A stretch of 62,337 bases of DNA, the filler included. It is 5 parts of 5 records of this genome, joined end to end, with 100 filler letters (N's around TTAATTAATTAA, not from the genome) between each part and the next. Parts side by side here need not be neighbours in the genome. Positions count along the whole stretch, not along the records: positions 1 to 23,703 come from DRR723986_4761; 4 more parts are not named here. One strand, 5' to 3'. How positions within the stretch are numbered: the first letter of the stretch is position 1; the number at the start of each line of letters is the position of its first letter. Positions 9,559-19,553 of the stretch are shown here, piece after piece. The notes beneath the pieces were generated by a model. It was not told the DNA's origin and searched no databases. It was given only the letters and a program-made list of their open reading frames with translations. A program made the translations under genes and the position numbers.

Positions 9559-10548
9559 GTGGCATCTCTACTCCAACTTGATAATCTCAGCCTGCATTTC
9601 GCTATTGGCGATGTGGAGATACCCGTCGTGCGCGGTGTCAATCTTTCGGTATCCAAAGGGGAAATCGTCGGGCTGGTCGGAGAGAGCGGCTGCGGCAAAA
9701 GTGTAACCTGCATGGCTGCGATGGGCCTTCTGGACGACGCTGCCACGCTAGGCGGTAACGTGCTTTGGAAGGACCGAAAGATCAAGACCACCAACGACGC
9801 CGCCATGAGCGCCCTTCGCGGCAATGAAATGGCGATGATCTTTCAGGATCCGATGAGCGCGCTCAACCCGGTGAAACGCATCAGCAAACAGCTGACCGAG
9901 GCCATTCGCATCAACAACCCATCGCGCCTTGGCGGATCGGCTCTGCGAGACCAGGCGATCCAGTTGCTCCGCGATGTCGGCGTACCCGAGCCCGAAAAGC
10001 GCCTGTCAAACTATCCGCATCAATTGTCCGGCGGGCTTAGCCAGCGTGTGATGATTGCCATGATGCTGGCAGGCGACCCGGACCTGCTGATCGCGGATGA
10101 GCCGACAACGGCGTTGGATGTGACGGTCCAGGCCCAGATCATGGACCTGCTGAAAACCCTACGCGACACGCGCGATATGTCAGTCATTCTGGTCACCCAT
10201 GACCTTGGTGTGGTGGCGGAGGTTTGTGATCGGATTTACGTGATGTATTGCGGACGCATCATCGAAAGTGGCAGAGTTCGCGATGTCTTTGCCAATCCGC
10301 GTCATCCCTACACACGCGGGCTCTTGGCGTCCTTGCCACGGGTGGATCAGGCCAAAGGCGATCTTTCTCCGGTGCCCGGCGTTGTGCCCTTGCCGACCGA
10401 GCTGGGGTCGGGATGCGATTTTGCGGCGCGCTGCGCGCGCAAGCTGCCCCGATGTGACAGCGAGACCCCTGCATTGAGCGCTGCCTCAGGTGGAACCGAT
10501 TGCGCCTGTTTCAATCCCTGTGACGGATCGGGAGGCGCCGCGCAATGA
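9559..10548 (+). CDS. ABC ATPase (DppD/OppD-like)
   Basis: [27 protein letters not shown], oligo_HPY tail. GTG start after AGGAG. Confidence 0.9.
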   Translation: MASLLQLDNLSLHFAIGDVEIPVVRGVNLSVSKGEIVGLVGESGCGKSVTCMAAMGLLDDAATLGGNVLWKDRKIKTTNDAAMSALRGNEMAMIFQDPMSALNPVKRISKQLTEAIRINNPSRLGGSALRDQAIQLLRDVGVPEPEKRLSNYPHQLSGGLSQRVMIAMMLAGDPDLLIADEPTTALDVTVQAQIMDLLKTLRDTRDMSVILVTHDLGVVAEVCDRIYVMYCGRIIESGRVRDVFANPRHPYTRGLLASLPRVDQAKGDLSPVPGVVPLPTELGSGCDFAARCARKLPRCDSETPALSAASGGTDCACFNPCDGSGGAAQ

Positions 10549-11561
10549 CCCAAGCCCCCCAGACCGCCGACCCGATCCTGACCGTGAAAGACGCACATTG
10601 CGTGTTCAACACCTCTCAGAGAGAGACGCTTTTTGGACCACCAAAAAAACTGAAGGCTGTCAGTGGTGTCAGTTTCGACATCCTCCGGGGTGAGTTGTTC
10701 GGCGTCGTCGGCGAAAGCGGCTGCGGCAAGAGCACAACCGCAAAACTGATCCTCAATATGGCGCGGGTCTCGCAGGGCGAGATTACCTTTGATGGACAGT
10801 CTCTTCTGGGGCTTTCTGATACAGAGTGGAAGCCCTTGAGGCGCCGCATCCAGTATGTTTTCCAGGACCCATTGGGCGCGCTTGATCCGCGGATGGTGGT
10901 GCTGGATCAGGTGGTCGAGCCGCTGACTATTCACGCCATCGATGAGGCCAAAGACCGCAAGACGCGCGCCGGGGAGATCCTTGAACTGGTTGGGCTTAGG
11001 CCACACCAGTTTTCCAAATACCCGCACGAGCTGAGCGGCGGCCAGAGGCAACGTGTGGTGCTGGCCCGTGCACTGATCTTGGAGCCGGAGCTGCTGGTCT
11101 GTGACGAGCCGATCTCGGCGCTGGATGTGTCCATTCAGGCTCAGATCATCAACCTGCTGCAAAAGCTGCGGCGCGAGATGGGCCTGACGATTCTGTTCAT
11201 CAGCCATGACCTGTCGGTCGTGCGCCACCTCTGCGACCGTCTGGCCGTGATGTATCTTGGCAAGATCGTCGAGCAGGGACCGGCAGACGCCATTTTCGCC
11301 AATCCCCGTCACCCCTATACCCAGGCCCTGATTTCGGCGATCCCGGTCCCCGAACCGGGCGCCAAATCCAGCCGCATCATGCTGCAAGGTGAGCCGCCCA
11401 GCCCCATCGACCCGCCACCCGGCTGCCGGTTTCATCCCCGGTGTGCTTTGGCGGACGCGTCGTGCAAAGCTGCTGAGCCCGAGGAGCAGGCCATGGGTCC
11501 CGGCCACGTCGCGGCCTGTTTCAAGGCACTCCCCGACAGCGATCCGGGGATGGTGTCATGA
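10545..11561 (+). CDS. ABC ATPase (DppF/OppF-like)
   Basis: [32 protein letters not shown]. Confidence 0.9.
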   Translation: MTQAPQTADPILTVKDAHCVFNTSQRETLFGPPKKLKAVSGVSFDILRGELFGVVGESGCGKSTTAKLILNMARVSQGEITFDGQSLLGLSDTEWKPLRRRIQYVFQDPLGALDPRMVVLDQVVEPLTIHAIDEAKDRKTRAGEILELVGLRPHQFSKYPHELSGGQRQRVVLARALILEPELLVCDEPISALDVSIQAQIINLLQKLRREMGLTILFISHDLSVVRHLCDRLAVMYLGKIVEQGPADAIFANPRHPYTQALISAIPVPEPGAKSSRIMLQGEPPSPIDPPPGCRFHPRCALADASCKAAEPEEQAMGPGHVAACFKALPDSDPGMVS

Positions 11562-12490
11562 CCCTGCGTTTCGTGCTTCAGAAATTGGCCCGTGCCCTTT
11601 TGACGGTGATCCTTATCGTGACCACAGTCTTTGTGGTGCTGCGCCTGACGGGCGATCCAGCCATGTATGTGCTTGGGATCGAGGCCGATCCGCGCGCGCT
11701 TGAGCAATTCCGCGAAAAATGGGGGCTGAACGATCCCATCTGGCAGCAATACCTGCAATTCCTGTGGAATTGTCTACGCGGCGATTTCGGCTATTCCTAC
11801 TTCGAGGAGCGCGATGCCATGACAGCCGTGATGGAGCGGGTTCCCAAGACTGTCCTGCTCATGGGCGTGACGGCCGTTTTCACGCTTCTCGTCGGAATTC
11901 CAACGGGGGTGCTGGCGGCGATCCATCGCAACAGTTGGATCGACCGCTCGACGATGACAGCCTCTGTTGCCGGGTTCAGCCTGCCGAACTTTGTGTTGGG
12001 GATTTTCCTGATCTTGACCTTCTCAGTCTTTCTCAGATGGCTGCCGACAGGCGGAAGCGGCACTTGGCAGCATCTTGTTCTGCCGGTTCTGACAATGGGG
12101 CTGGCCGAGGCCGCCGTCTTTGCTCGCTTCACCCGGTCGGCCATGCTGGAGGCCCTTAACCAGCCCTATATGCGCACCGCGCGCGCCAAGGGTCTGCGCC
12201 GGAATGCTACTGTCTGGAAACATGCGCTGCCCAATGCCGCGATCCCTCTGGTGACCATCACCGGGTTTTTCGTCGGCACGCTGATCGCAGGCGGCGTTGT
12301 CACGGAGACGGTGTTTTCCTGGCCCGGTCTTGGGCGCTTGCTGGTGACTTCGGTGTCCAATCGCGATCTGGCAGTGGTCCAGATCATCGTGATGTTCATC
12401 GCGGTCTCGATGGTTGTGACCAACCTGACCATTGATCTTCTTTATGGCTGGCTCGATCCGCGCGTAGGCAGTGCAAGGTCCAGAGAATAA
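11558..12490 (+). CDS. ABC permease (DppB/OppB-like)
   Basis: GDFGYS, YMRTARAKG EAA loop, ETVFSWPGLG. Confidence 0.9.
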   Translation: MTLRFVLQKLARALLTVILIVTTVFVVLRLTGDPAMYVLGIEADPRALEQFREKWGLNDPIWQQYLQFLWNCLRGDFGYSYFEERDAMTAVMERVPKTVLLMGVTAVFTLLVGIPTGVLAAIHRNSWIDRSTMTASVAGFSLPNFVLGIFLILTFSVFLRWLPTGGSGTWQHLVLPVLTMGLAEAAVFARFTRSAMLEALNQPYMRTARAKGLRRNATVWKHALPNAAIPLVTITGFFVGTLIAGGVVTETVFSWPGLGRLLVTSVSNRDLAVVQIIVMFIAVSMVVTNLTIDLLYGWLDPRVGSARSRE

Positions 12491-12493
12491 GCC

Positions 12494-13351
12494 ATGAGTG
12501 ATCAAGATCTTACAGCACGGCCAAAGATCAAAATTCCCGTCATCGTCGGTCTGTCCTTTGGCTGGCTGATTGCGATGGTTCTGATCTCGCTTACCCTTGA
12601 CTTCTGGCAGCCGCACGACTTTCAGGCGATGAACCTGCGCGCCCGTTTTGCCCCGCCAGTATGGATGGAAGGCGGCAGCTGGAGCCATATCTTCGGCACC
12701 GACAACTTGGGTCGCGATGTTCTCAGCCGCCTCGTGGTGTCCATCCGGATCAGCCTTTTGGTGGCACTGCTGGGCACTGTCATCGGAGCCGTTCTGGGAA
12801 CGCTAATCGGCTTGCTGGCGGCCCGCTTTGGCGGCATCGTCGATGATCTTGTGATGGTCGGGATCGACTATCAGGCGGCATTGCCCTTTATGATCCTCGC
12901 GCTGGCCGTCGTCGCCTTTGCAGGCAACAGCCTGACGTTGTTTATCCTGCTGATGGGGCTTTATGGCTGGGAGCGGTACGCCCGGATCGCCCGCGGCTTG
13001 GCACTGTCGGCGATGACCCAAGGCTATGCCGTGGCCGTCAAGACATTGGGCGCCTCGCCGCTGCGCATCTATGGGCGCCACATTCTGCCCAATATCGCCA
13101 ACGCTTTGATCGTGAACATGACGCTGAATTTCCCGCAGACCATCATGCTGGAGACCTCTCTTAGCTTTCTGGGGTTGGGCATTCAGCCGCCTATGACGAG
13201 TTTGGGCAACATGGTCGGCTTTGGGCGGGACTTCCTGCTGAATGCCTGGTGGTTGGCCACGATCCCAGCCTTGGTCATTTTCGTCACCACATTGGCGTTT
13301 GCGCTGGTCGGCGACTGGGTAAGGGACCAATTGGACCCTACCAGTCGATAA
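12494..13351 (+). CDS. ABC permease (DppC/OppC-like)
   Basis: HIFGTDNLGRDVLSR, RHILPN, SLSFLGLGIQPP. Confidence 0.9.
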   Translation: MSDQDLTARPKIKIPVIVGLSFGWLIAMVLISLTLDFWQPHDFQAMNLRARFAPPVWMEGGSWSHIFGTDNLGRDVLSRLVVSIRISLLVALLGTVIGAVLGTLIGLLAARFGGIVDDLVMVGIDYQAALPFMILALAVVAFAGNSLTLFILLMGLYGWERYARIARGLALSAMTQGYAVAVKTLGASPLRIYGRHILPNIANALIVNMTLNFPQTIMLETSLSFLGLGIQPPMTSLGNMVGFGRDFLLNAWWLATIPALVIFVTTLAFALVGDWVRDQLDPTSR

Positions 13352-13370
13352 AGCCAAACCAGATCAAGGA

Positions 13371-14303
13371 ATGACACAGGTGGGCACCGACCCGTTCAAA
13401 CAGCCAGGCTCATTCTGGCGCGGCAACATCCATACTCATTCGACCCGCTCGGACGGTGTATTGGAACCCGAAGAAGTCGTTTTGCGATACAAGGCCGAAG
13501 GCTATGACTTTCTGGCCATGACCGATCATTTTGTTGGGCTATTTGACTATCCTTTGACCGACATCAGCGCCTATGCGGACGAGTGTTTTACAACCATTCT
13601 AGGGGCAGAGCTTCATACGGGTGCGATGGACAACGGCGAGATCTGGCACATTCTTGCCGTTGGACTGCCGACCGATTTCGCACCGCCCGATGCCCCTGAT
13701 TTCCAGCCCATCGCGGCGCCGGAAAGCGCCCCCGCGCTTGCGCAGCGCGCCCGGGATGCAGGCGCTTTCGTTGCCATTGCGCATCCTGACTGGTCGCAAA
13801 TGACGCTGGCGGACGCCGCCTCTATCAAGGCGGCACATGCGGTCGAAGTCTACAACCACGGCTGCTTCAACGGATGCGACCGAGGTTATGGGTTTCACAC
13901 CTATGAGCGGCTTTTGGCAGCTGGGCGGAAGCTGACGCTGTGCGCCACGGATGATGCCCATTTCTTCGAACCAGACCATTTCGGCGGCTGGGTCGTGGTC
14001 AAAGCGCGTGAAAACACTGCCCCTGCCCTTCTCTCAGCCTTGAAGGAGGGGGCTAATTACGCATCCACCGGGCCGGAGTTTCACGATGTTGTCTGGGAGG
14101 ACGATCACGTCGAGGTGTCAAGCTCTGCTGTCAGCGCGGTGATCCTTCAGGGCAGGAGCACCCGCACTGTTGTGCGCCATGGCCATTCGATGACACGCAC
14201 TGTGCTGCGGTTCGACAAGCTGGCTCCCTCTCCATGGCTGAGGGTCACCATTGTGGATGCAGCCGGAAAACGCGCCTGGATGAACCCGATCTGGCGCGAT
14301 TGA
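13371..14303 (+). CDS. PHP-domain metallophosphoesterase (CehA/McbA-like family)
   Basis: GNIHTHSTRSDG, AMTDH, AHP and TDDAH metal-binding motifs. No signal peptide. Confidence 0.85.
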   Translation: MTQVGTDPFKQPGSFWRGNIHTHSTRSDGVLEPEEVVLRYKAEGYDFLAMTDHFVGLFDYPLTDISAYADECFTTILGAELHTGAMDNGEIWHILAVGLPTDFAPPDAPDFQPIAAPESAPALAQRARDAGAFVAIAHPDWSQMTLADAASIKAAHAVEVYNHGCFNGCDRGYGFHTYERLLAAGRKLTLCATDDAHFFEPDHFGGWVVVKARENTAPALLSALKEGANYASTGPEFHDVVWEDDHVEVSSSAVSAVILQGRSTRTVVRHGHSMTRTVLRFDKLAPSPWLRVTIVDAAGKRAWMNPIWRD

Positions 14304-14350
14304 CCTTGGGCGGGCTGCGCGGAGCGCGACAAACCCCGCGCCTTGCTTTG

Positions 14351-16036
14351 TCAGCTTAAGGATCGCAGTGGCGCATTGGGGCGTTGGCTTTGGCCAATGC
14401 CTTTGGATGCGCCGACGGGTGCGTTTTCCGGTGCCAGAACAGGCCGCCCGGCGATCAGATCAGCAGCGCGTTCGGCCAGCATCATCGTGGGGGCATTCAG
14501 GTTGCCGTTCGGCTCTGACGGGAAGACAGAACTGTCCACCACCCTAAGCCCGTCGATGCCATGAACCTTCAGTTCCGGATCAACCACCGCCATGTCATCC
14601 ACCCCCATCCGGCAAGACCCGCAGGGATGATAGGTGCTTTCCAAATTGTCGCGCACAAAATCGTCCATCTGGTCATCGGTGCTAACCCCCGGACCGGGCG
14701 CGATCTCACCATCGTTGAAAGCATCCATGGCTGGCTGCGCCATGACCTCGCGGGTCAGGCGGATGCAGTCGCGAAAGCCTTTGCGGTCCTCTTCCCGGTC
14801 CAGATAGTTGAACAGGATATGCGGGTGGACATAGGGGTCAGAAGAGGTCAGGCGCACATATCCCCGGCTTTTGGGTTTGTTTGGCCCGGTCAGGATCATG
14901 AATCCATGTCCCTTGACCGGCGAATGGCCGTCATATCGCACTGCTGCGGGCAGGAAGTGGTACTGGATATCCGGCCATTCCACATCTTTTGACGACCGGA
15001 TGAAACCGCCCGCTTCAAAGTGGTTCGTGGCACCAAGACCTTGTTTGGTCAGCAACCACTGCAGCCCGATCAACCCTTTAGAGAACCAGTTCATCTTGGT
15101 GTTCAGCGTCAAAGGCTGCTTGCAGGCGAACTGGATGTAGATCTCGGCGTGATCCTGCAGGTTCTCGCCCACACCGGGCAGATCGTGCAGCACCTCAACC
15201 CCGACTTTTTTCAGCACCGCCGCTGGGCCAATGCCAGAGCGCTGCAGCAGATGAGGCGAACCGATAGGGCCGCTGGAAACGATCACCTCCCGCCGGGCAC
15301 TGACCTGACGGGTGCTGCCACCCCGGTCGTATTCCACACCGATGGCTCGTCCGTCTTTCAGCAGCACACGCCGGGTCATGGCCTTGGTGCGCACTTCAAG
15401 GTTGGGCCGCTCCATCGCGGGGCGCAGATAGGCCTTTGCAGCAGACCAACGCACACCGTTCTTGACAGTCATATGCATCGGCCCAAAACCCTCTTGTAGA
15501 TAGCCGTTCGGATCGTCTGTCTTGATATAGCCTGCCTCAACCCCGGCTTCGACAAAAGCGCCATAGAGCGGGTTTTTCATCCCGTTCCCGTTGTTGACGT
15601 TCAGCGGCCCGCTCTGCCCACGGTAGGTGCTATCGCCACCTCCCTGAAAGCTCTCGGATTTCTTGAAATAGGGAAGACAGCTGGCATGGCCCCATCCCGC
15701 GGCGCCCATTGCCTCCCATTGGTCAAAGTCACGCGGATGACCGCGCACATAAACTAGTCCGTTGATCGACGACGACCCGCCAAGCACTTTGCCGCGTGGG
15801 CAATGAATACGACGCCCCTTGAGGCCCGGTTCGGGCTGAGTTTCGTACTTCCAGTTATAGGTCTTGGTATTCATCGGCATCGAAAAAGCCGAGGGCATCT
15901 GGATAATCGGGTTGGTATCTGAGCCGCCAAATTCCAGCACCAGAACGCTGACCTTGGGGTCCTCGGTCAGCCGCGCTGCCAGAACGCAGCCTGCGGACCC
16001 GGCTCCGACGATCACATAGTCGAATTCTTCTGCCAT
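14351..16036 (-). CDS. betA: choline dehydrogenase-like GMC oxidoreductase
   Basis: GAGSAGC, CPRGKVLGGSSSING, GVGENLQDH, YHPCGSCRMG, NGNLNAPT. Lies outside a betIBA context, so the substrate may not be choline. Confidence 0.8.
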   Translation of the reverse strand: MAEEFDYVIVGAGSAGCVLAARLTEDPKVSVLVLEFGGSDTNPIIQMPSAFSMPMNTKTYNWKYETQPEPGLKGRRIHCPRGKVLGGSSSINGLVYVRGHPRDFDQWEAMGAAGWGHASCLPYFKKSESFQGGGDSTYRGQSGPLNVNNGNGMKNPLYGAFVEAGVEAGYIKTDDPNGYLQEGFGPMHMTVKNGVRWSAAKAYLRPAMERPNLEVRTKAMTRRVLLKDGRAIGVEYDRGGSTRQVSARREVIVSSGPIGSPHLLQRSGIGPAAVLKKVGVEVLHDLPGVGENLQDHAEIYIQFACKQPLTLNTKMNWFSKGLIGLQWLLTKQGLGATNHFEAGGFIRSSKDVEWPDIQYHFLPAAVRYDGHSPVKGHGFMILTGPNKPKSRGYVRLTSSDPYVHPHILFNYLDREEDRKGFRDCIRLTREVMAQPAMDAFNDGEIAPGPGVSTDDQMDDFVRDNLESTYHPCGSCRMGVDDMAVVDPELKVHGIDGLRVVDSSVFPSEPNGNLNAPTMMLAERAADLIAGRPVLAPENAPVGASKGIGQSQRPNAPLRSLS

Positions 16037-16039
16037 CGT

Positions 16040-16822
16040 TCAGCTCATCTCCAGCGCTTTGCCAACTTCTGCGTGCAGATTGGTCATGATGCGCTTTTTC
16101 AACGTGATAAATTCTGGGCTGGTCAGCACCGTGTAGTCGCGCGGGCGCTCGATCTCGACCGGGATCGTGTCGATGATCCGGCCAGGCCGGGCTGACATCA
16201 CGTAGACCACGTCGCCAAGAAACACCGCTTCATCAATGTCGTGGGTGATGAAAAGCACGGTCTTACGCTCTTCCTGCCAGATCTTCAGCAGCAGTTCCTG
16301 CATGACCGAACGGGTCTGGCTGTCGAGCGCGCCAAAGGGTTCGTCCATCAACAGCACTTCGGGGTTCACCGCCAGCGCCCGTGCAATGGCCACCCGTTGT
16401 TTCATCCCGCCGGACAATTGCGAAGGGTAGCTGTCGGCAAAGCGGGTTAGGCCAACAGCATCGACATAGTGGCGCGCGCGCTCAACGCGTTCGGCGCTTG
16501 ATGTGCCGTTAACGGAAAGGCCGAATTCCACATTTTTCTGAACCGTCAGCCACGGGAAAAGCGTATAGCTTTGCGGCACCATTCCCCTGTCCGCGCCGGG
16601 TTTTTCGATGGTAACACCGTCCACCAGCGTGCGCCCTTCCGTTGCCTGATTAAGCCCGGCAATCAGGTCCAGCGTGCTGGATTTCCCGCAGCCCGATGGA
16701 CCGACGATGACCGCGAACTGCTGATCCGGGATCTCCAGCGTCAGGTTTTCCAGCGCCACAACCCAGTTTGCCGGGTCCGATCCGAACCGGACGGTTACGT
16801 TATCGAGCAAAACCTCACCCAT
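16040..16822 (-). CDS. NitT/TauT-family ABC ATPase
   Basis: GPSGCGKS, LSGGMKQR, LLMDEPFGALD. Confidence 0.9.
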   Translation of the reverse strand: MGEVLLDNVTVRFGSDPANWVVALENLTLEIPDQQFAVIVGPSGCGKSSTLDLIAGLNQATEGRTLVDGVTIEKPGADRGMVPQSYTLFPWLTVQKNVEFGLSVNGTSSAERVERARHYVDAVGLTRFADSYPSQLSGGMKQRVAIARALAVNPEVLLMDEPFGALDSQTRSVMQELLLKIWQEERKTVLFITHDIDEAVFLGDVVYVMSARPGRIIDTIPVEIERPRDYTVLTSPEFITLKKRIMTNLHAEVGKALEMS

Positions 16823-16833
16823 ATCCGTTCTCC

Positions 16834-17643
16834 TTATCGACCCAGGTTTTCCCAGGGCAGCGCCAGACGCTTGAGCCATTTGAAGATCAGGTCCGTGCCC
16901 AGCCCAAGAAAGCCGATCACGAAGATGCCCACGAAGATTCCTGCCGGATCAAAGCCGCGCATCGATTGCAGGATCATGTAACCAAGCCCCGCGTTTGCGG
17001 CGACCAGTTCGGCCACCACAAGAAAGGTCCAGGCCCAACCCATGGTCACCCGAAGCGTGTCGAAGATGCCCGGAAGTGTTGCTGGAAGCATTACCCGCCA
17101 GACGATCTGCCCCCTGCTGGCCCCCAAGGTGTAAGAGACATTGAACAAATCGCCATGCACACCGCGCGTCACGTCCGAAATCATGACGATCTGTTGAAAG
17201 AAGGTGCCAAGGAAAATGACCGCAATCTTCTGCTCCAGCCCGATCCCGATCCACAGGATCAGCAAAGGGATCATCGAGGTCACGGGCAGGTAGCGCATAA
17301 AATTGACCACCGGCTCAAGGGCGGAGGCGACGATGCGAAAGCCGCCCATGAAAATGCCGATGGGAATAGCGATGATCGAGGATAGGAAAAAGCCCAGATA
17401 TATTTCGGTCAAAGACACCCCGATGTGCTTTTTCAGGCTCCCATCACCAAGCTTGTCCAGGAACGATGCACAGACATCACCTGGCGATGGCAGGAAATCA
17501 CGGCTGACAAAGCCGATTGCCGTGGCCAGATACCACCCAATCAGGATCGCGGCGGCCACTACCAGCCCAGTGCTGATCTCCACAGGCTTCGGAATCGCAC
17601 GTTTCGGCGTAAAGTACCTGTCGGAAAAGCCGAGCTTTGCCAT
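16834..17643 (-). CDS. NitT/TauT-family ABC permease
   Basis: FLPSP, RYLP..PLLILWIG, WTFLVVAEL..GLGY. Confidence 0.9.
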   Translation of the reverse strand: MAKLGFSDRYFTPKRAIPKPVEISTGLVVAAAILIGWYLATAIGFVSRDFLPSPGDVCASFLDKLGDGSLKKHIGVSLTEIYLGFFLSSIIAIPIGIFMGGFRIVASALEPVVNFMRYLPVTSMIPLLILWIGIGLEQKIAVIFLGTFFQQIVMISDVTRGVHGDLFNVSYTLGASRGQIVWRVMLPATLPGIFDTLRVTMGWAWTFLVVAELVAANAGLGYMILQSMRGFDPAGIFVGIFVIGFLGLGTDLIFKWLKRLALPWENLGR

Positions 17644-17662
17644 GACTTCGTTACCCCTTCGA

Positions 17663-18637
17663 TCAGTTCAGGAAGGACGTATCAACAAGGTCCTGAGACG
17701 ACAGACTGTCCAGCTTGATCCGGCCAAGGTCGCGCCAGATTGCGATGGCATCGTCAATGGTCTGGCTCAGGACACCCGGCATCTCCTGCGTTCCGAACAT
17801 CTCGGTGTTTCGGGCGATATTAAGGTATTCGATGCCGGTCGCGGCGGCCTTGAATTCATTGGGGTCTTCCAGCCAGCCGCCAACGCCGTCAGCCATGATC
17901 TGATAGGCCTCCTCCGGGTTGGATTCCAGAAAATCAAGTGACCGCTGCCAAGCGCGGACGAAGCCCTTCAATTCGGCCTCGTGCTCGGCTGCGGTACTGT
18001 CCAGAACGGCGACCACGTCGACGATCAGGCCGGGCGTTTCAGCACTGCTGACAAGGACCTTGCCATGGTCCGTCGCGGCGCCCTGACTCAGGTGCGGCTC
18101 CCACGTGACGGCGGCGTCGACCCGCCCGGCGGTAAAGGCAAGCCCTGCATCAGTGGCAGTCATATTGATCATCTCGACATCAGACTGGGTAAGCCCCTCA
18201 CGGCGCAGAAGCGCATTGATGAAGAACTGCGACACAGACCCTTCCTCGAAGGCGACAGAACGGCCCTTCAGATCGCCGACTGACGCGATATCCTTGTTTG
18301 CAACGACGCCATCACCCCCATTGGAATTGTCCACCGCGAGGATGTATTTCAGCGGCTTGCCTTCGCGCATGTAAGTCGGGAACTCATCGGCGGTCGAGGC
18401 CACGATATCCACTTGACCCGCCATAAACGCGCCCATTTTTAAGGGGGTGCTTTCCATGATCGTCAATTCGATCTCGACGCCTTCTTCGGCGAAGAACCCC
18501 TTTTCCTGCGCGATATAGAAAGGCCCGTACCCTACCCAGGTGGAATGAGCGAGCTTGAGCGCTTCGGCTTGGGCTGCCAGAGTTGACACAGAGGTCAAAG
18601 CACTTGCGATCAATAGCGTCTTGAGCTTGGTAGGCAT
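17663..18637 (-). CDS. NitT/TauT (NMT1/THI5-like) ABC substrate-binding protein
   Basis: Signal peptide (MPTKLK...AAQA), WVGYGPFYIA, DNSNGGDG, TWEP. AGGAG RBS. Confidence 0.88.
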   Translation of the reverse strand: MPTKLKTLLIASALTSVSTLAAQAEALKLAHSTWVGYGPFYIAQEKGFFAEEGVEIELTIMESTPLKMGAFMAGQVDIVASTADEFPTYMREGKPLKYILAVDNSNGGDGVVANKDIASVGDLKGRSVAFEEGSVSQFFINALLRREGLTQSDVEMINMTATDAGLAFTAGRVDAAVTWEPHLSQGAATDHGKVLVSSAETPGLIVDVVAVLDSTAAEHEAELKGFVRAWQRSLDFLESNPEEAYQIMADGVGGWLEDPNEFKAAATGIEYLNIARNTEMFGTQEMPGVLSQTIDDAIAIWRDLGRIKLDSLSSQDLVDTSFLN

Positions 18638-18662
18638 TGTGTTTTCTCCTGTTGGATTTGGT

Positions 18663-19553
18663 TTATTGCGCCTTGACCGGGACGTCGTAGAACGGCACAG
18701 TGTCGATCCGCGGCGTCCAGCTTCCATCTTCGACCACCTTGGTGACATGGGCGGCGATCTTTTCCATCGGAGCGAACCACACGTCGCGACGTGACAGCAC
18801 TTGTTCAAGAAAGTTCTGCACAACGATCCACCGCGACAAACGGCCCGTGGCAAAGGGATGCACAACCGGCACCCAAAGCCCGCCATAGGTGTAGGCGGCT
18901 TCGAATTCTTCGGCAAAGGCGCGCCATCCGTCAGACGGGGCGCGGATCGGCATCATGTAGTCAAGGTCCATCGACTGGACATATTGCGGCCAGTCATCCA
19001 GCCCCCAGTGCGAGGGCAGCTCTACAAGGCGCCCGGCGCCTGTCTCTAACAGATAGGGCTGATCATCCCCCATGAGCGAGGCATCATACAAAAAGCCGGC
19101 CTCGGCCATAAGCCGCCCTGTCCGGTGCGAGAAGTTGTAGAGCGGCGCGCGGAAACCACGCGGTGCCTGTCCGGTGATCTGCTCCAGACTTTCCCGACTG
19201 CGGTGGAACCAATGGGCCTCTTCGTCATCCCCCAGTTCGCTTGGGTGTTCGTGCAAATACCCGTGCTGACCGATTTCATGGCCACCCCGCAGGATCGCTT
19301 CAACCGCCTTGGGATAATTTTCGGCGCACCATGCGGGGATAAAAAAGGTCTGTTTGATACCAAGCGCGGCGTAGCTGTCCACGATGCGGGGTATGGCCAC
19401 CTCCGGTCCGTATTTCAGCATCGAGGTTGCCGAAACACGGGCGTGCCCATCGGTGGGATGGGCGATATGGATCAGGCTGTCCGCATCCATATCGAAGGTT
19501 ATGCAAGCCGCGCATTTTGCGCCGCCCGGCCAGGGGATGGGGTTCTTGATCAT
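18663..19553 (-). CDS. CE4 polysaccharide-deacetylase-fold amidohydrolase (HpPgdA/PuuE-like)
   Basis: WPGGAKCA..TFDMDAD, HEIGQHGYLH, GFRAP, LDDWP. Cytoplasmic. Confidence 0.82.
   Translation of the reverse strand: MIKNPIPWPGGAKCAACITFDMDADSLIHIAHPTDGHARVSATSMLKYGPEVAIPRIVDSYAALGIKQTFFIPAWCAENYPKAVEAILRGGHEIGQHGYLHEHPSELGDDEEAHWFHRSRESLEQITGQAPRGFRAPLYNFSHRTGRLMAEAGFLYDASLMGDDQPYLLETGAGRLVELPSHWGLDDWPQYVQSMDLDYMMPIRAPSDGWRAFAEEFEAAYTYGGLWVPVVHPFATGRLSRWIVVQNFLEQVLSRRDVWFAPMEKIAAHVTKVVEDGSWTPRIDTVPFYDVPVKAQ

Noticed and set aside
7958-13351. Calling the ABC system a dipeptide transporter
   Set aside because: Family-5 SBPs bind many non-peptide ligands, no peptidase is nearby, and the operon ends in a phosphoesterase.
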